This document shows, piece by piece, positions 52,527-64,000 of a stretch of DNA of 64,000 nt. This DNA comes from Octopus bimaculoides (taxonomy: Eukaryota): positions 96,279,659-96,343,658 of the forward strand of contig NC_068986.1 in the NCBI RefSeq assembly GCF_001194135.2. The letters run 5' to 3'. The translations under genes and the position numbers were made by a program. The notes beneath the pieces were generated by a model. It ran no database searches. It had not been told where the DNA came from and worked only from the letters and a program-made list of their open reading frames with translations. Each line of letters opens with the position of its first letter. Positions within the stretch are counted from its first letter, which is position 1.

Positions 52527-52906
52527 AGTGCAAGCATAGCTGAGTGATTAAAAAATTTGCTTCCTAACCATGTTATTTCAACTTCAGCTTTCACTACATG
52601 ACATCATATCAAGTGTCTTTTACTACTGTCCTGGGCTAACCAAAACCATATAAGTGAATCCAGTAGACAGAAACCAAATAATCTCATCACGTGTGTGCAC
52701 ATGTATGCATGCACGTGTGTATCTGTGTATGTTTTTTTCTTCCTTTCATTTGTGCTCTACAAACGTCACAAGCTATAAGCAGTGGTGTTATTATCATTTC
52801 TCTTGTCAACAAATCACCTGCTTGGTTTGCACCTTCTAAGAGATGTGAAATAAGAGATCCCTTACTTGGAAAACATGTAAGGGTTGGTGAAAGGAAGGGC
52901 ATCCAG

Positions 52907-53420
52907 CATCATCATCATCGTTTAATGTCCGCTTTCCATGCTAGCATGGGTTGGACGATTTGACTGAGGACTGGTAAACCAGGTGGTTACACCAGGCTCC
53001 AATCTGATTTGGCAAAGTTTCTACAGCNNNNNNNNNNGGACGATTTGACTGAGGACTGGTAAACCAGGTGGTTACACCAGGCTCCAATCTGATTTGGCAA
53101 AGTTTCTACAGCTAGATGCCCTTCTTAATGCCAACCACTCCGAGAGTGTAGTGGGTGCTTTTATGTGCCACCGGCACGAAGGCCAGCCAGGCGGTACTGG
53201 CAACGGCCACACTCAAAATGGTGTCTTTTACATGCCACTTGCACGGGAGCCAGTCCAGTGGCACTGGCAACGATCTCGCTCGAATGTCCCTACACATGCC
53301 ACCGGCACAAGTGCCATCACAATTTCGCTTTCGCTTGCCTCAACAGGTCTTTGCAAGTCGAGTTTCTATGTCCAATGAAGGAGACGACGTTGGCGTGGGT
53401 GCCATCTGTCGAAATTAGTT
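52907..53420 (-). mobile_element. SINE family B, near full-length copy
   Basis: Tail and head present; contains a duplicated stretch across a 10-N gap. Confidence 0.82.
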
Positions 53421-53600
53421 CGATTTCACTTGTCATAATGATAAGGACTTTTCTTGAGAATTTACTCTTTTAATATTTGCTGCCTGCCCTGAGTATTTAT
53501 TGACGATACATGTCATCAGTAAATAGTGTGTGTGTGTACGTGTGAGTGTCAAAAGTATTTCAGGACAGAAACAGCAACAAATACCCAAAATATAAATTAC

Positions 53601-53709
53601 CTCTGTGCAAGAAGCAAGAATCTTCAAATAATCTTGGTTGTTAATGAACTCTGATACATTTTTGGGGAAGTATAAATTGGTGAGTCCATCAGCATAACCT
53701 TCTCGGTTT
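53601..53709 (-). CDS. FTSJ3: FTSJ3 exon 6 (RNREGYADGLTNLYFPKNVSEFINNQDYLKILASCTE)
   Basis: EGY motif at the start of the DUF3381 region. GCAG| acceptor, GAG|GTAATT donor. 109 nt, phase 2 to 0. Confidence 0.93.
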
Positions 53710-56028
53710 CTGCAAGGAAAGTTGAAAAGAATTTAGAGAAAGCTACAAAGAACAGAAGAGTGTTTTGGCAATGAGATGAATATTTCCACAAGAGAGGAAG
53801 ACAATGAATTGCAAAGAATGATGGGAATAGCACTGGTGACGGATGTTATGATGAGAAATTGATGATATAGCTGTATCATGTGTTGAAGAATGATGAGAGT
53901 AACTAATTGAAGGTGATTATACAGGAAATAAGAGCAAGGATGATGAGAAAAGAAGACAAAATAGACAAGTCTGTCATAGGGCCAGCAAGTCTATTACCTC
54001 TTTTAATCCTTTTAATGCTAACCCACAGTTAAACCAACCTGTACAATGTTACAAACACTCAGTAAGCTACTTTATGTTTCAAACACCAGTTTAATAATGA
54101 AAGAGTTATTTCACTAATTTCTTCTTTACTTTCAAAATTAACACACAAAAAGGCAGCATAATTCAACAGAAATATGATAACAAATGGGTCAATGAAGCAA
54201 ATGGCTTTAAAATGTTTGTTGTTGTACATAGACAAGCATAAGGTCATTATCATCGTTTAACATCCACTTTCCATGCTAGCATGGGCTGGACGATTTGACT
54301 GAGGACTGGTGGATCAGGAGGCGACACCAGGCTCCAATCTGATTTGGCAGAGTTTCTACAGCTGGATGCCCTTCCTAACGCCAACCACTCCGAGAGTGTA
54401 GTGGGTGCTTTTACGTGCTGCCGGCAAGGTCTGAAATATTTTGGGAAGAAAGGAATCCAGTTGATCAAATACACCCCAGTACTGGACTAGAACTTATTCT
54501 GTTGACCCTTAACCCTTTAGCATTCAGATTACTCTGTCAAATGTAATGCATATGTATTCACATTATTTTGAATTAATCATGCACTATCTCATAGCTTCAA
54601 GATTTCAATGATGTAATTTGTTACTTTTAGATTGACATTATAGGATAGGCATGGACGGCTAGATTTGGCCAATATGAACATAAAACAGGTTGAATATTTT
54701 GGCTTGATATGACCGGTTTAAATGCTAAATTGTTTCTAACATAGACAAAACTATTGAATGAGGGTACAGTTGTTTATATCAACCCAATACTTGACTGGTA
54801 CTTGCCTATTTTATCATGCCCTGATTTGAACTCAGGACATAAAGGGCTATCACTAAATACTGTAAATTACTTTGTCTACTATGCTGTGAACATCCATGTC
54901 CATCAATCATGAATACATATGCTATACCCATCTGTTAACAAAATACCTTCCACTCTAGACATCACATGAAGCTTATCTACAAATACACTCCCCCATGTGA
55001 AATACAACCAACACTGAAAATATACACCAACCAACTTGGGTGTCTCATGTGGTTGTGCAACCTGATAGAAATGGCAGTCAAATCTTTTTCATCTTGAAAA
55101 AACAAAGGATACATTGGATAATATAGACCATAATATGCTATATCTGAAAAAATACGTGGAATAGTTACAGCTAGAATACCTTTCATTATAGATCTGCTAG
55201 ATCAAGATTGACCTGGGCAAAAGAACAACACCAAATCCCATCTGGATTACATCCTACTATCTTAAAAAAATCATTAGATATTATTATCATCATCATTTAA
55301 CATCCCTTCTCCATGCTGGCATGGACTGGACATTTTGACAGGAGCTAGGGAGCTGGCAAACCAGAGAACAGAGCCAAGCTCTGCTGTCAGCTTTGGCATA
55401 ATTTCTACAGCTGGATGCCCTTTATAACAATATCCTAGATATATTGTGTGAATAAAAGACAGGATAGCCATAGCTGGAACATCCTTAATCATTGCTAACA
55501 TGGGCTAAACAACAGCTTCACATCCTCAAATCAGGCATTATTATCTTAACAAAAAGACAATAGATAATGTAGTCCTAGATCCATTATTACATGATCACAT
55601 GACCAACCAGGCTATCAGATGTTGTTACACATCACTGGTGACAATGCATTTTGCACTGTTTTAGCCTTCAAACGGCACCACCCCGCTGGTTAGGCGAGCA
55701 GGCCAACATTCCACCAGAGCAATATGAAATGAAGTGTCTTGCTCAAGGACACAATACGTCGCTCAAACAGGGACTCAAACTCACGATCTAGCGATCATGA
55801 GTGCAACAGCCTAACCACAAGGGCATGCACCTTCAAGATCCATTATATGTGAATAAAAGAAACAGGAGACACATGATTGGAAGAGATGATTATAGATCTG
55901 TGGATCAGGGCTGAGCTGGAGATAAACAACAACAACAACAACTATGCATCTACTGATTAGAGCATTCAATCATTCCAACAAACCTAAACAAATAACTAAA
56001 AAGAAAACAAAAAAATCAGCTGTTTCAC

Positions 56029-56338
56029 CTCTGTTTCTGTTCTGGCTTAAATGTATTCAGGAGTACTTTTGTATCCTCAACTTCTTTGAAAACATGTTTT
56101 GGATCAAGAAATTTTGGGTCCAGCTTATCAGGTGCCAAATAGCTCTCACACACCACAAAGATCTCAGCAGACTCAGTTCTTGATGCTTGGGGTTTCGTGG
56201 CATGTACCTTCTTGAACAGCTGGTTAAATACCCAGATAAGTGAGTTGTAGTCTTTCGAACGAAATATCTTTGTCACAAACCAGCCTCCTTTGCGAAGAAT
56301 TCCGACTGCCAACCTCAGAGCAGAAAGTGTTAACTGGG
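56029..56338 (-). CDS. FTSJ3: FTSJ3 exon 5 ([31 protein letters not shown]...ESAEIFVVC...LDPKHVF...)
   Basis: Catalytic K (FVTKIF) and E (SAEIF) motifs. GCAG| acceptor, AG|GTGAAA donor. 310 nt. Confidence 0.97.
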
Positions 56339-57322
56339 CTGCAAGAAAATGGAGATTAAGTAACTATTAAAAATATATTTTTCAATTCCCCATTTTTTTT
56401 TTTTTTTTTACTTTAGCATTTATTTTTAAAAAATTGGCATAAAAGATAAAAACATTACATAAAGAAAAAAAATTACAATGACAAAAATGAAGGTGTGATG
56501 AGATACATCGATGTGAACACGTACTCATAAACACACACACACACTGACACAACCATACATATATATTCTTATACACACACATACACATATATCATTTCCA
56601 TCATCTAAATTAACCATATTAGGCCCAAATATTCTACCTTGTTTTTATGTTCAAGCATGCCAGAACAGGCCTCTCACACCTACCTTACAATACCATTCGA
56701 AAAATAAACAATTAGATCGTTGAAATCTCAAAGCTACAAGGTGACACTCGATTAATTCAAAACAATGTGACTAAATAAGAATTACATGTAACAGAGTAAT
56801 CTGGATACTAAAGGGTTAAATTTGTTTTTCCCATGCCTGCATGGATGGAAAAGACCTACAGCATCGCATTTTGCCACTTATTGAAATCCTTTCTCTCCTT
56901 CACAATGTTTAGCATTCACATCTTCCCCCAGTTACCTTCCACAGGCTCCTTCTATTTGGACTACCTGGCCTTTCTTTAACAAACATATATGATATGCATC
57001 CCATGTCTTTACCAGCTCAGTCCCTTCTCTTGCACACATCAGATTTCTCTAATACATGATTTTCGTTCGGTTCATCTGTCTTTCATTTGTACACACTAAC
57101 ACATTACACATTCAGTGGAGCATACCTGCCTCATTTCTTTCCAACCTACACACATCCTCTTGTTTATAGACTCATCTTTCATACAATGCAACACTGCATT
57201 TCATACACAAAACATCATACAATTGTCACCTTTGAATATGCACATAAATACACATATATAATAATGGATTTAATCCTAGATTACAACCTATTAACAAAAG
57301 AGAGAGGGAATATAATACCAAC

Positions 57323-57422
57323 CTTGCTGAAAAGCATCATGTACCCATGATTTACCCACATTAGGTGCTCCATCATTAAGGACAGTATCAGCTTTCCAGT
57401 CCTGGAGTTCTTTTTTGATGGC
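57323..57422 (-). CDS. FTSJ3: FTSJ3 exon 4 ([33 protein letters not shown])
   Basis: Catalytic-Asp motif DGAPNVG. ATAG| acceptor, G|GTTGGT donor. 100 nt, frame-compatible. Confidence 0.96.
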
Positions 57423-58711
57423 CTATAAATGCAGATAAGAGAGAGAGAGAGAAAGAGACATTAGATAGAAGGAGAGCAGAAGCCTGTTACACAGAGAGAG
57501 AGAGAGAAATTAGAGATGAGGGGGAGCATTAACAGAATAACAGAGAAGGAAAGAGTTCTGTAATGCAAAGAGTAAAAGAAAGAAATCATTATCAATGTAA
57601 AAATGGAGATGAAAAGTGACCTTTCCTTTATGTCCCCACTAAGTTATAGCAACATAAACAACCTGATATCAAATGGTGATGGAAGACAAACACAAACAGA
57701 CACATATATTTATATATATACAATCTGCTTCCACACAATTTCCATCTACAAAATTCACTCGCAAGGCACTGGTCAGCCCAGGACTATAGTAGAAGACACT
57801 TGCTCAAGGTACTGTGCAGGAGGACTTATCTATTAATGATTTATTTACCATTTTTTATAAATAGAGAAAGAAAGCTAGGATTTAGGAAAAATAATCAGAA
57901 CAATATAAGTGATATCAAGATTTACTGGGTCTAAGCAAAAGAATTATTACACAGTTAATTATTTCACCAATGATTTTGTAAGTGATGTAGGCCTTGCAAA
58001 ACTTCTTAACTTAGAAGCAAAACCCATTGAGTAGTTTCTTAATTTTTTTTCCTTAAGAAATTAGTGTCAGGATGAATAATGAATCTTCAAGGTTTGTGCA
58101 TCACCAGGGCAATGCAACTTTCTTTGGATCAAGAGAGGAAAGGAAAGCATATCTTGGAAAGCTTCAAAGTAACAGAGACTAATGGAACACAAATTTATCA
58201 CCGAGACAATAAATCAATGCCCAGGAATTGATATTTTGTAAATATATGTAAAACATTTATGCATAGTCAACTTACCTGGGCAGGTGAACATGGTATGACA
58301 ACAAGTAAAATCAACAATAAATAAAAACCACATTCACAATATACACCAACAGTTATATTCTATCAGCAAGTCTCATCCAAATTCATGCATCATCATCATT
58401 GTTTAACGTCCGTTTTCCATGCTGGCATGGGTTGGATTTATGATTTCTATACTCTAGTACATAACCTCTACAAACATCTCTAGTTTCTAACCAGATTGAG
58501 CGATTTATATAGAGAAAGCACAATAAGACTTTAAGAGTTAATTCTGTTAACACACAAGTGATGTGTAGCTATACACTCTATTGTTTAAAAGTAATTATCT
58601 AATTTAAAGATTAATGATGAATGCTTGCAGGAAGCTTTAGCTCTTGATCTATGGTACTTAAAACAAATATATGAAATGCAGTAATAAGAAGATAAATAAA
58701 TACAAACTTAC

Positions 58712-58791
58712 CACTCGACAACTTTCAGTGGTGATGTCATTTTGTAGACACGTGGTTCGAGGGATAGGTCTGATTGGCACAAGGTCCACAC
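58712..58791 (-). CDS. FTSJ3: FTSJ3 exon 3 ([27 protein letters not shown])
   Basis: VDLVPI and DITT motifs of the FtsJ domain. ACAG| acceptor, |GTAAGT donor. 80 nt. Confidence 0.96.
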
Positions 58792-59237
58792 CTGTAAGTA
58801 TAAACAAACATTAGCATATAATCCATACATATATACATGCACACACATATCTGAAACCAGAGTACCACATCTGGATGGTCCATATTTCGTCTTTTTTATG
58901 GTTTAGTCAAAAGAAAAGGGTAGTACTCATGATCCATACAGAGTCTTTGAGATTGATGAGACCAATGGGGCTTATGTTTGGCGTAAACATCTGAAGGTAT
59001 GAAGGCAGTGAATCAGTGATCATTTTGTTAGAAATCCATAAACAACAACATTAATGTATACATTTCAAAGAAAAATATTTTTTCAATAAAAATGAGTCAC
59101 ATCTGTACGTAAGCAGGAAGGGAATTCCAGGATCAACAGTATGGGGAGTAAAGATTTGTAAAATAATGCTAAGAGAAAAACTAAGCATACAAGAAATCAG
59201 ATGTAGACAACTGTATAAAGAAGTGCTAATCACTAAA

Positions 59238-59365
59238 TGTGGCTGAAGCTTGTGGACGAGGAAGACCCGGGAAGACATGGGACAAAGTGGTGAAGGCTGA
59301 CTTCAGGACCCTAGGCCTTGCAGAGGAAATAACAAGGGCCCAGGATATCTGGTGATATAAAGTTC
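59238..59365 (+). mobile_element. RTE-like LINE 3'-end relic
   Basis: CGRGRPGKTWDKVVKADFRTLGL...QDIW* motif. Confidence 0.7.
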
Positions 59366-59953
59366 TTGTGAAAAATGCACTCATCATGACTTCTGAAAGC
59401 ACAGTGTTGGTACCATCACTGACTATCTCCTTCGAAATGCTTCTAATTCATTCTCTCTTTCCTAAATGTGAGTAGGCATGTGGCTTTTCTACAAGAACCT
59501 GCTCTACCCCGATATCTTCCCTCATACCTTAACCCCCATCTAACATTTAGACACAGCATCCTCCCTCCTTGGGTTTGCTGATTTGCAAGCTACATAGTGA
59601 CTTCAATAGTGCCAGTGGCATGAAAAAAGCACCCAGTACACTCTGTAAAGTGGTTGGCATTAGGAAGGGCATTCAGCCATAGAAATCATGTCAAAACAGA
59701 CACCGAGCACAATGCAGTTCTCTCTCATCAGATCCTTGTCAAACTGTCCAACCCATGTCACCATGGAACATGGACATCGAATGAACAACAGTCTCTAATA
59801 CAGGCATGAGGCTACAAATTTGTGAAGAGGGAACAACTGATTAAATCAACCCTAGCATTTCACTGATGCTCATTTTATTAACCACAAAAGAATTAAAGTT
59901 GGCCCAGGCAAATTCCAGCTTAGAATGTAAAAGGACACATCTAAATCCCTTAA

Positions 59954-60174
59954 CCCTTTAGCATTCAGATCACTCTGACAAATGTAATGTTTATTTATTC
60001 ATAAAGTTTTGAATTAATCTTGCATTATTGCATACTTTTGAGATTTCCATTAAGTGATTGTTTACTTTTTGGAATGACATTGTAGGGTAGGTGTGAGAAG
60101 CTGTATCTGGTCAGTTTGAACATAAAACAGGTACAATATTTGAGCTGAATATGGCCAGTTTAAATGCTAAAGGG
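59954..60174. mobile_element. piggyBac-type MITE (221 bp)
   Basis: TTAA|CCCTTTAGCATT ... AATGCTAAAGGG|TTAA. Further copies at ~46378-46592, ~54512-54730 and ~56620-56820. Confidence 0.85.
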
Positions 60175-60266
60175 TTAAGGCAGTTTGACTGTCACTCTAC
60201 TGATCCTAACAGTTAGGCATCCTTTTGATAATGATTTATTTAATTGATAAATAAACAATAACATAC

Positions 60267-60419
60267 CAACAACCAAAGCAGAAACAGGAGTATTTTCAAC
60301 ACATACTTGCAACCATCCACCTGGAGCTGCACATAAATCAACAACAACTCGAGACTTCTGTAAAAACTCAAATTTTCTGTTTAACTGTATAAGCTTGAAT
60401 GCAGATCGAGCTCTGTAAC
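60267..60419 (-). CDS. FTSJ3: FTSJ3 exon 2 ([39 protein letters not shown]...; SAM-binding loop)
   Basis: FtsJ/RrmJ motif DLCAAPGGW. Acceptor GCCAG|, donor G|GTATGT. 153 nt, phase 1 to 1. Confidence 0.97.
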
Positions 60420-60769
60420 CTGGCAAAGAAAGAAAAAATGAGAAAAATTAATTAAAACATAAATAAGACTCCTTTTTTTTCTCTAAATCATTTATATTTG
60501 TTTCAGCCATGCAGGGGCAGCACTGTCAAGGGTTTTAATTATATCAATTCCATACTTAACCTGGTACGTATTTTATCAATAATCCCTATTTATGAAATGG
60601 TTAAGTTTTCCATAGCATTAGGGGAAATAACTCAATACCTAAATCCAACAAGATGCTTTTGTTTGATACACTGATTTACACACACATACAAGTATGAAAA
60701 AAGGGATTCTATTATATTCATATGATGCACTATCTGGTATCTGTCAGAGCAATTACCACTTATTCAGGA

Positions 60770-61990
60770 GTTCAAATCTTACATCTGCGATAACTTTGCC
60801 CGCAGAGCCACCTATCTTTTCAATTTCTCCCTCTCCACAGAGATCTATCATGATTTTGGTAGCACACTAGTGTGTCCCATCCCTAAGAAAGGTAACTTCT
60901 CTGACTCTACAACTACTGCACTCACTTGTAATAACCGTAAGGTAATGGAGACAGCCATTAGTAACAATGCCCTTCAATAGCTTGAATCACTTCATTTAAT
61001 GATTGCCAGTAGGTTCTAGAAAGCCAAATTGTATTGGTGATCGACTCTCTTCTGTTACCTGTCAGCGAGGTCTTGCTTTTGAAGAATTTGGTAAAAATAA
61101 TGTAGTCATCTTTGACATAAAAAGACCTTTCCATCATATCTGGCATGTAACTCTATTGAAAATTTCCACCTCTGGGCTCCACGTATCTCTCTTCTCTTAG
61201 ATCAGAAGCTTCCTTACATTATTGCTGCATATGTTGACTGCGCTCTTTCTCTCTTTTATTCTATCAACTCCAGTATGTCCAGAGATCAGTTTTGGTCCCC
61301 ACTCTTCTCCTCCTACATTGTCTACTTGCAAATGTCACCGAGGTTGAATTTGCCTTTCATCTTTTTGGGGACAATAAATTAAGTACAAGTTACGCACTGA
61401 GGTCGATGTAATCAACTAGCCCCCATCACCACCAATTTCAGGCCTTGTACCTACAGTAAAAAGGATTGTTTACTTGCAAACTAAACACATACTAACTCCA
61501 TAAAGAATTCTCACAAGAATCCTTCAACGGGAATATGCCAATTTTATCTCTTTTAACAAGAAACCAGAAATGCTACTCCCATCAAGAAAACAACATCACA
61601 CCACACTCCCTTAATCATAAGCAGCACTCAACTAGAGCCTTTGAAACTGCTCCAATTGTTGGACCTCACTATCACCCAGGATCTCTTCTTGTGAAAGCAC
61701 AGCCTTAGCACAACTAAGTGCGCATCCCAACATCTGGCTCTTTTCTTCAGAGCCAGAAGATACTTCAGGCCCCAACAACTATAGATAATTCCCAAAACTC
61801 AGATGAGGTCCTCAATGGAGTATTGCTCTCACAACAGAGATGGTGCTGCGTACAGAAACACCCAATACCACATCCTGAAAAGGGCATTTTGTCTCCTTTC
61901 TTTTCCACTATAACAGTCTCTGCTTGTTGCAGCTGGTTGAGCTCATGCTAGCTCTACTAGGCATTCCAGCTCCACTTGTCTCTCCTCTTC
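60770..61990 (+). mobile_element. Jockey/CR1-like LINE reverse transcriptase relic
   Basis: Degenerate PIPKKG..SD, GDRLSSVT..LAFEEFG..V.FDIKRPF..IWH..LL, and FRARRYF...SMEYCSH motifs; heavily frameshifted. Confidence 0.75.
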
Positions 61991-62110
61991 TCATTACCCT
62001 TGTATCCAACTCCATTCTCCCCCAGCCCCACACTAATTACTGTATTTGACCCTTCCTTCTAATAATGTCAGCCTCTCAAATTCCCTCCTCCCTACTCATA
62101 TCTTTTCCTC

Positions 62111-62637
62111 GGACTATATGTAATCTGAACCTTCCCCCACCCCTTATTTATTAATTTTTTTAACGGAATCCCATGTTTTAGGCTATGGAGATTCCGATTC
62201 TGAAAAAAAANNNNNNNNNNNNNNNNNNNNNNNNNNNNNNNNNNNNNNNNNNNNNNNNNNNNNNNNNNNNNNNNNNNNNNNNNNNNNNNNNNNNNNNNNN
62301 NNNNNNNNNNNNNNNNNNNNNNNNNNNNNNNNNNNNNNCCCCCCCCCCCACCAAGCAGGCTATTTACATGCTAGAAATAACAGCCAAATCTCACAAAACT
62401 AGTGTTAGGGTTAGGTTTAGGGTTAGGGTCAGGGTCAGGGTTAGGGTTAGAGTTTGAGTTAGGGTTAGGTTTACCCTGTGGATCTATATAAAAACCGGGT
62501 GGGGGGAATCGAAATTTTGAAATTGAGATTTTTGAAAATTTTTTTTCAGAATCGGAATCTCTAGAGCCTAAAACGTGGGATTCCGTAAAAAAAAAAAATA
62601 ATAATAAGTGGGGAAAGGTTCAGATTACATATAGTCC
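62111..62637. mobile_element. Long-TIR foldback/MITE-like element with internal telomere-like repeats
   Basis: ~100-bp imperfect inverted arms GGACTATATGTAATCTGAACC...GATTCCGATTCTGAAAAAAA at 62111-62210 and 62540-62637. Internal (TTAGGG)-like array at 62404-62472. Confidence 0.75.
62404..62472 (+). repeat. Interstitial (TTAGGG)n-like array, ~11 units with TCAGGG/TTAGGT variants
   Basis: Read directly from sequence. Confidence 0.9.
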
Positions 62638-62778
62638 ATCTGGACCGTCTTGCTACAGTGCAAGCATGCCACGTGCTTTCTAAAAATATACATGCTGAAA
62701 ATTATATATATTAAGTATCTAAAATACAACGTGTGTTTTTCGTGAACAATATAAATAAAATTAAAATAGTTTTCTCAC

Positions 62779-62845
62779 CTGTCTCCTTGGCTAGTTGATA
62801 AAATCGATCTTTACGAGCCTTTCCAACTTTTGCCTTTTTCCCCAT
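62779..62845 (-). CDS. FTSJ3: FTSJ3/Spb1 rRNA methyltransferase, coding exon 1 (MGKKAKVGKARKDRFYQLAKET-G)
   Basis: ATG at 62845-62843. Translation matches the conserved Spb1/FTSJ3 N-terminus. Donor CAG|GTGAGA, phase 1. Confidence 0.95.
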
Positions 62846-63400
62846 CTTTCGTCAGTGAAATAGATCACTTCACTATATCATAAAGATAGACGGTGTTAGG
62901 TGAAGCACTAGGTTTCCACAGAAAAAAGTTCCGGGTGTTAACGGAAATGTTTTAGTTAGTGTTTTGTGGTTAAAACTGATCTCGAATCTTTTCTGTTTTG
63001 CCTTGATTCACTTTTCTTGAAGTCAAAATGAACGTCGGATGTCACCAATGTCGCGAAGTGTGCTTGTCGCTTAAGTTGATCTATGATGATACATTTCGTC
63101 GGCTACGTGTATAATAACTGAAGCAAGCTCACGAACATTTGACTTGATATTTGTTGCGGAACATAATGATATTTGTTGTTAGCTAATCACAATGAACAAT
63201 ATTAATAATTGCCGAATGAGAAGATGAAAACTGCTCCAAATACGTAGGGCTATCTGTGTGACATTATGCGGTCAGTCCAAAAATATACGGTCATCTGCGC
63301 AAATCATCGAGGGGATCTGTGGCGTCAGAGTTTCGTTGACTGTCTGCCCGCAGTGAGTTAGTCAGTTACCTTCAAATATGTGATTGATTGAGCGCTAAAA
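62846..63400 (-). promoter_or_regulatory. Probable FTSJ3 5'UTR / core promoter
   Basis: Immediately upstream of the ATG and visibly richer in CpG than the introns. No specific site claimed. Confidence 0.4.
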
Positions 63401-63794
63401 AAAAAAAAGACGGATTTTATAGGGAACAAGAAGTCGAATTTTCGAATAATTGAGAAAACCCTATCACGCCACATCCTCATGCTTGGTTTATCGACTGATC
63501 ACTTAAAGCTGCAATGGTTCACTTGAGGTATCTGATTGAGCATCTAGCAGTTAGGTTTTAAATCCTCAATACACACTTATTCCATGACCATGAGAGGAAA
63601 ACAACAAAAAATATATAGTATGTAACGGTTGATGTATTTGTGAAGGCTGCGATTCACTTGTTCGGGGTCACCACTTGTAACGGTAGTAAGGCTGCGTGTT
63701 CGAATCACGTCGGGGTCAGCACTTGTAACGGTTATATGATTGAACGATGGAGATAATTTTTTATAAGAAAATATTTATTTTTGCCGTTACATTC

Positions 63795-64000
63795 TATGTT
63801 GCCATACCACGACGGGTAGGCCAGTGGGCGAACATTCGATAGTAGTGTGCTGCTTGTCAACCAGTAGTCAGCTGGTCAACATGTCTTTGTTTACATTGAT
63901 GTAAACAAAGACATGTTGACCAGCTGACTACTGGTTGACAAGCAGCACACTACTATCGAATGTTCGCCCACTGGCCTACCCGTCGTGGTATGGCAACATA
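63795..64000. repeat. Perfect palindrome: 102-bp arms, 2-nt spacer (TG at 63897-63898), right arm runs off the window
   Basis: 63795-63896 is the exact reverse complement of 63899-64000. Confidence 0.95.

Noticed and set aside
52953-53112. Tandem duplication inside a SINE-B copy
   Set aside because: Identical ~75-bp stretches on either side of a 10-N gap are an overlapping-contig artefact.
58064-58207. Possible C/D box snoRNA in intron 3 (GGTGATAA ... CTGA)
   Set aside because: Imperfect C box, weak terminal stem, no recognisable rRNA antisense element.
62404-62472. Chromosome end (telomere)
   Set aside because: Short, variant-rich array lying inside an intron and inside inverted arms.

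Overview
AT-rich, repeat-dense animal genomic DNA with many N gaps. The SINE/MITE content resembles cephalopod (Octopus-like) repeats; the species is an inference. The main gene is a complete 18-exon minus-strand FTSJ3/Spb1 orthologue (pre-rRNA 2'-O-ribose methyltransferase), CDS 62845->23441, 2442 nt / 813 aa, with all GT-AG junctions phase-compatible. Its 7.35-kb intron 13 (29609-36960) holds six dispersed, same-strand ~135-nt copies of a hairpin-H-hairpin-ACA RNA with compensatory base changes and decayed spacers, i.e. a candidate polycistronic intronic H/ACA snoRNA array. The rest is transposon-derived: at least four SINE families, TTAA (piggyBac-type) and hAT-type MITEs, two Helitron derivatives, and relics of Penelope, CR1/Jockey-like, RTE and mariner elements. 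Also present are a long-TIR element carrying (TTAGGG)n in intron 1, a perfect >=102-bp-arm palindrome at the window end, and weak exon-like segments of a possible second minus-strand gene in the first ~15 kb.
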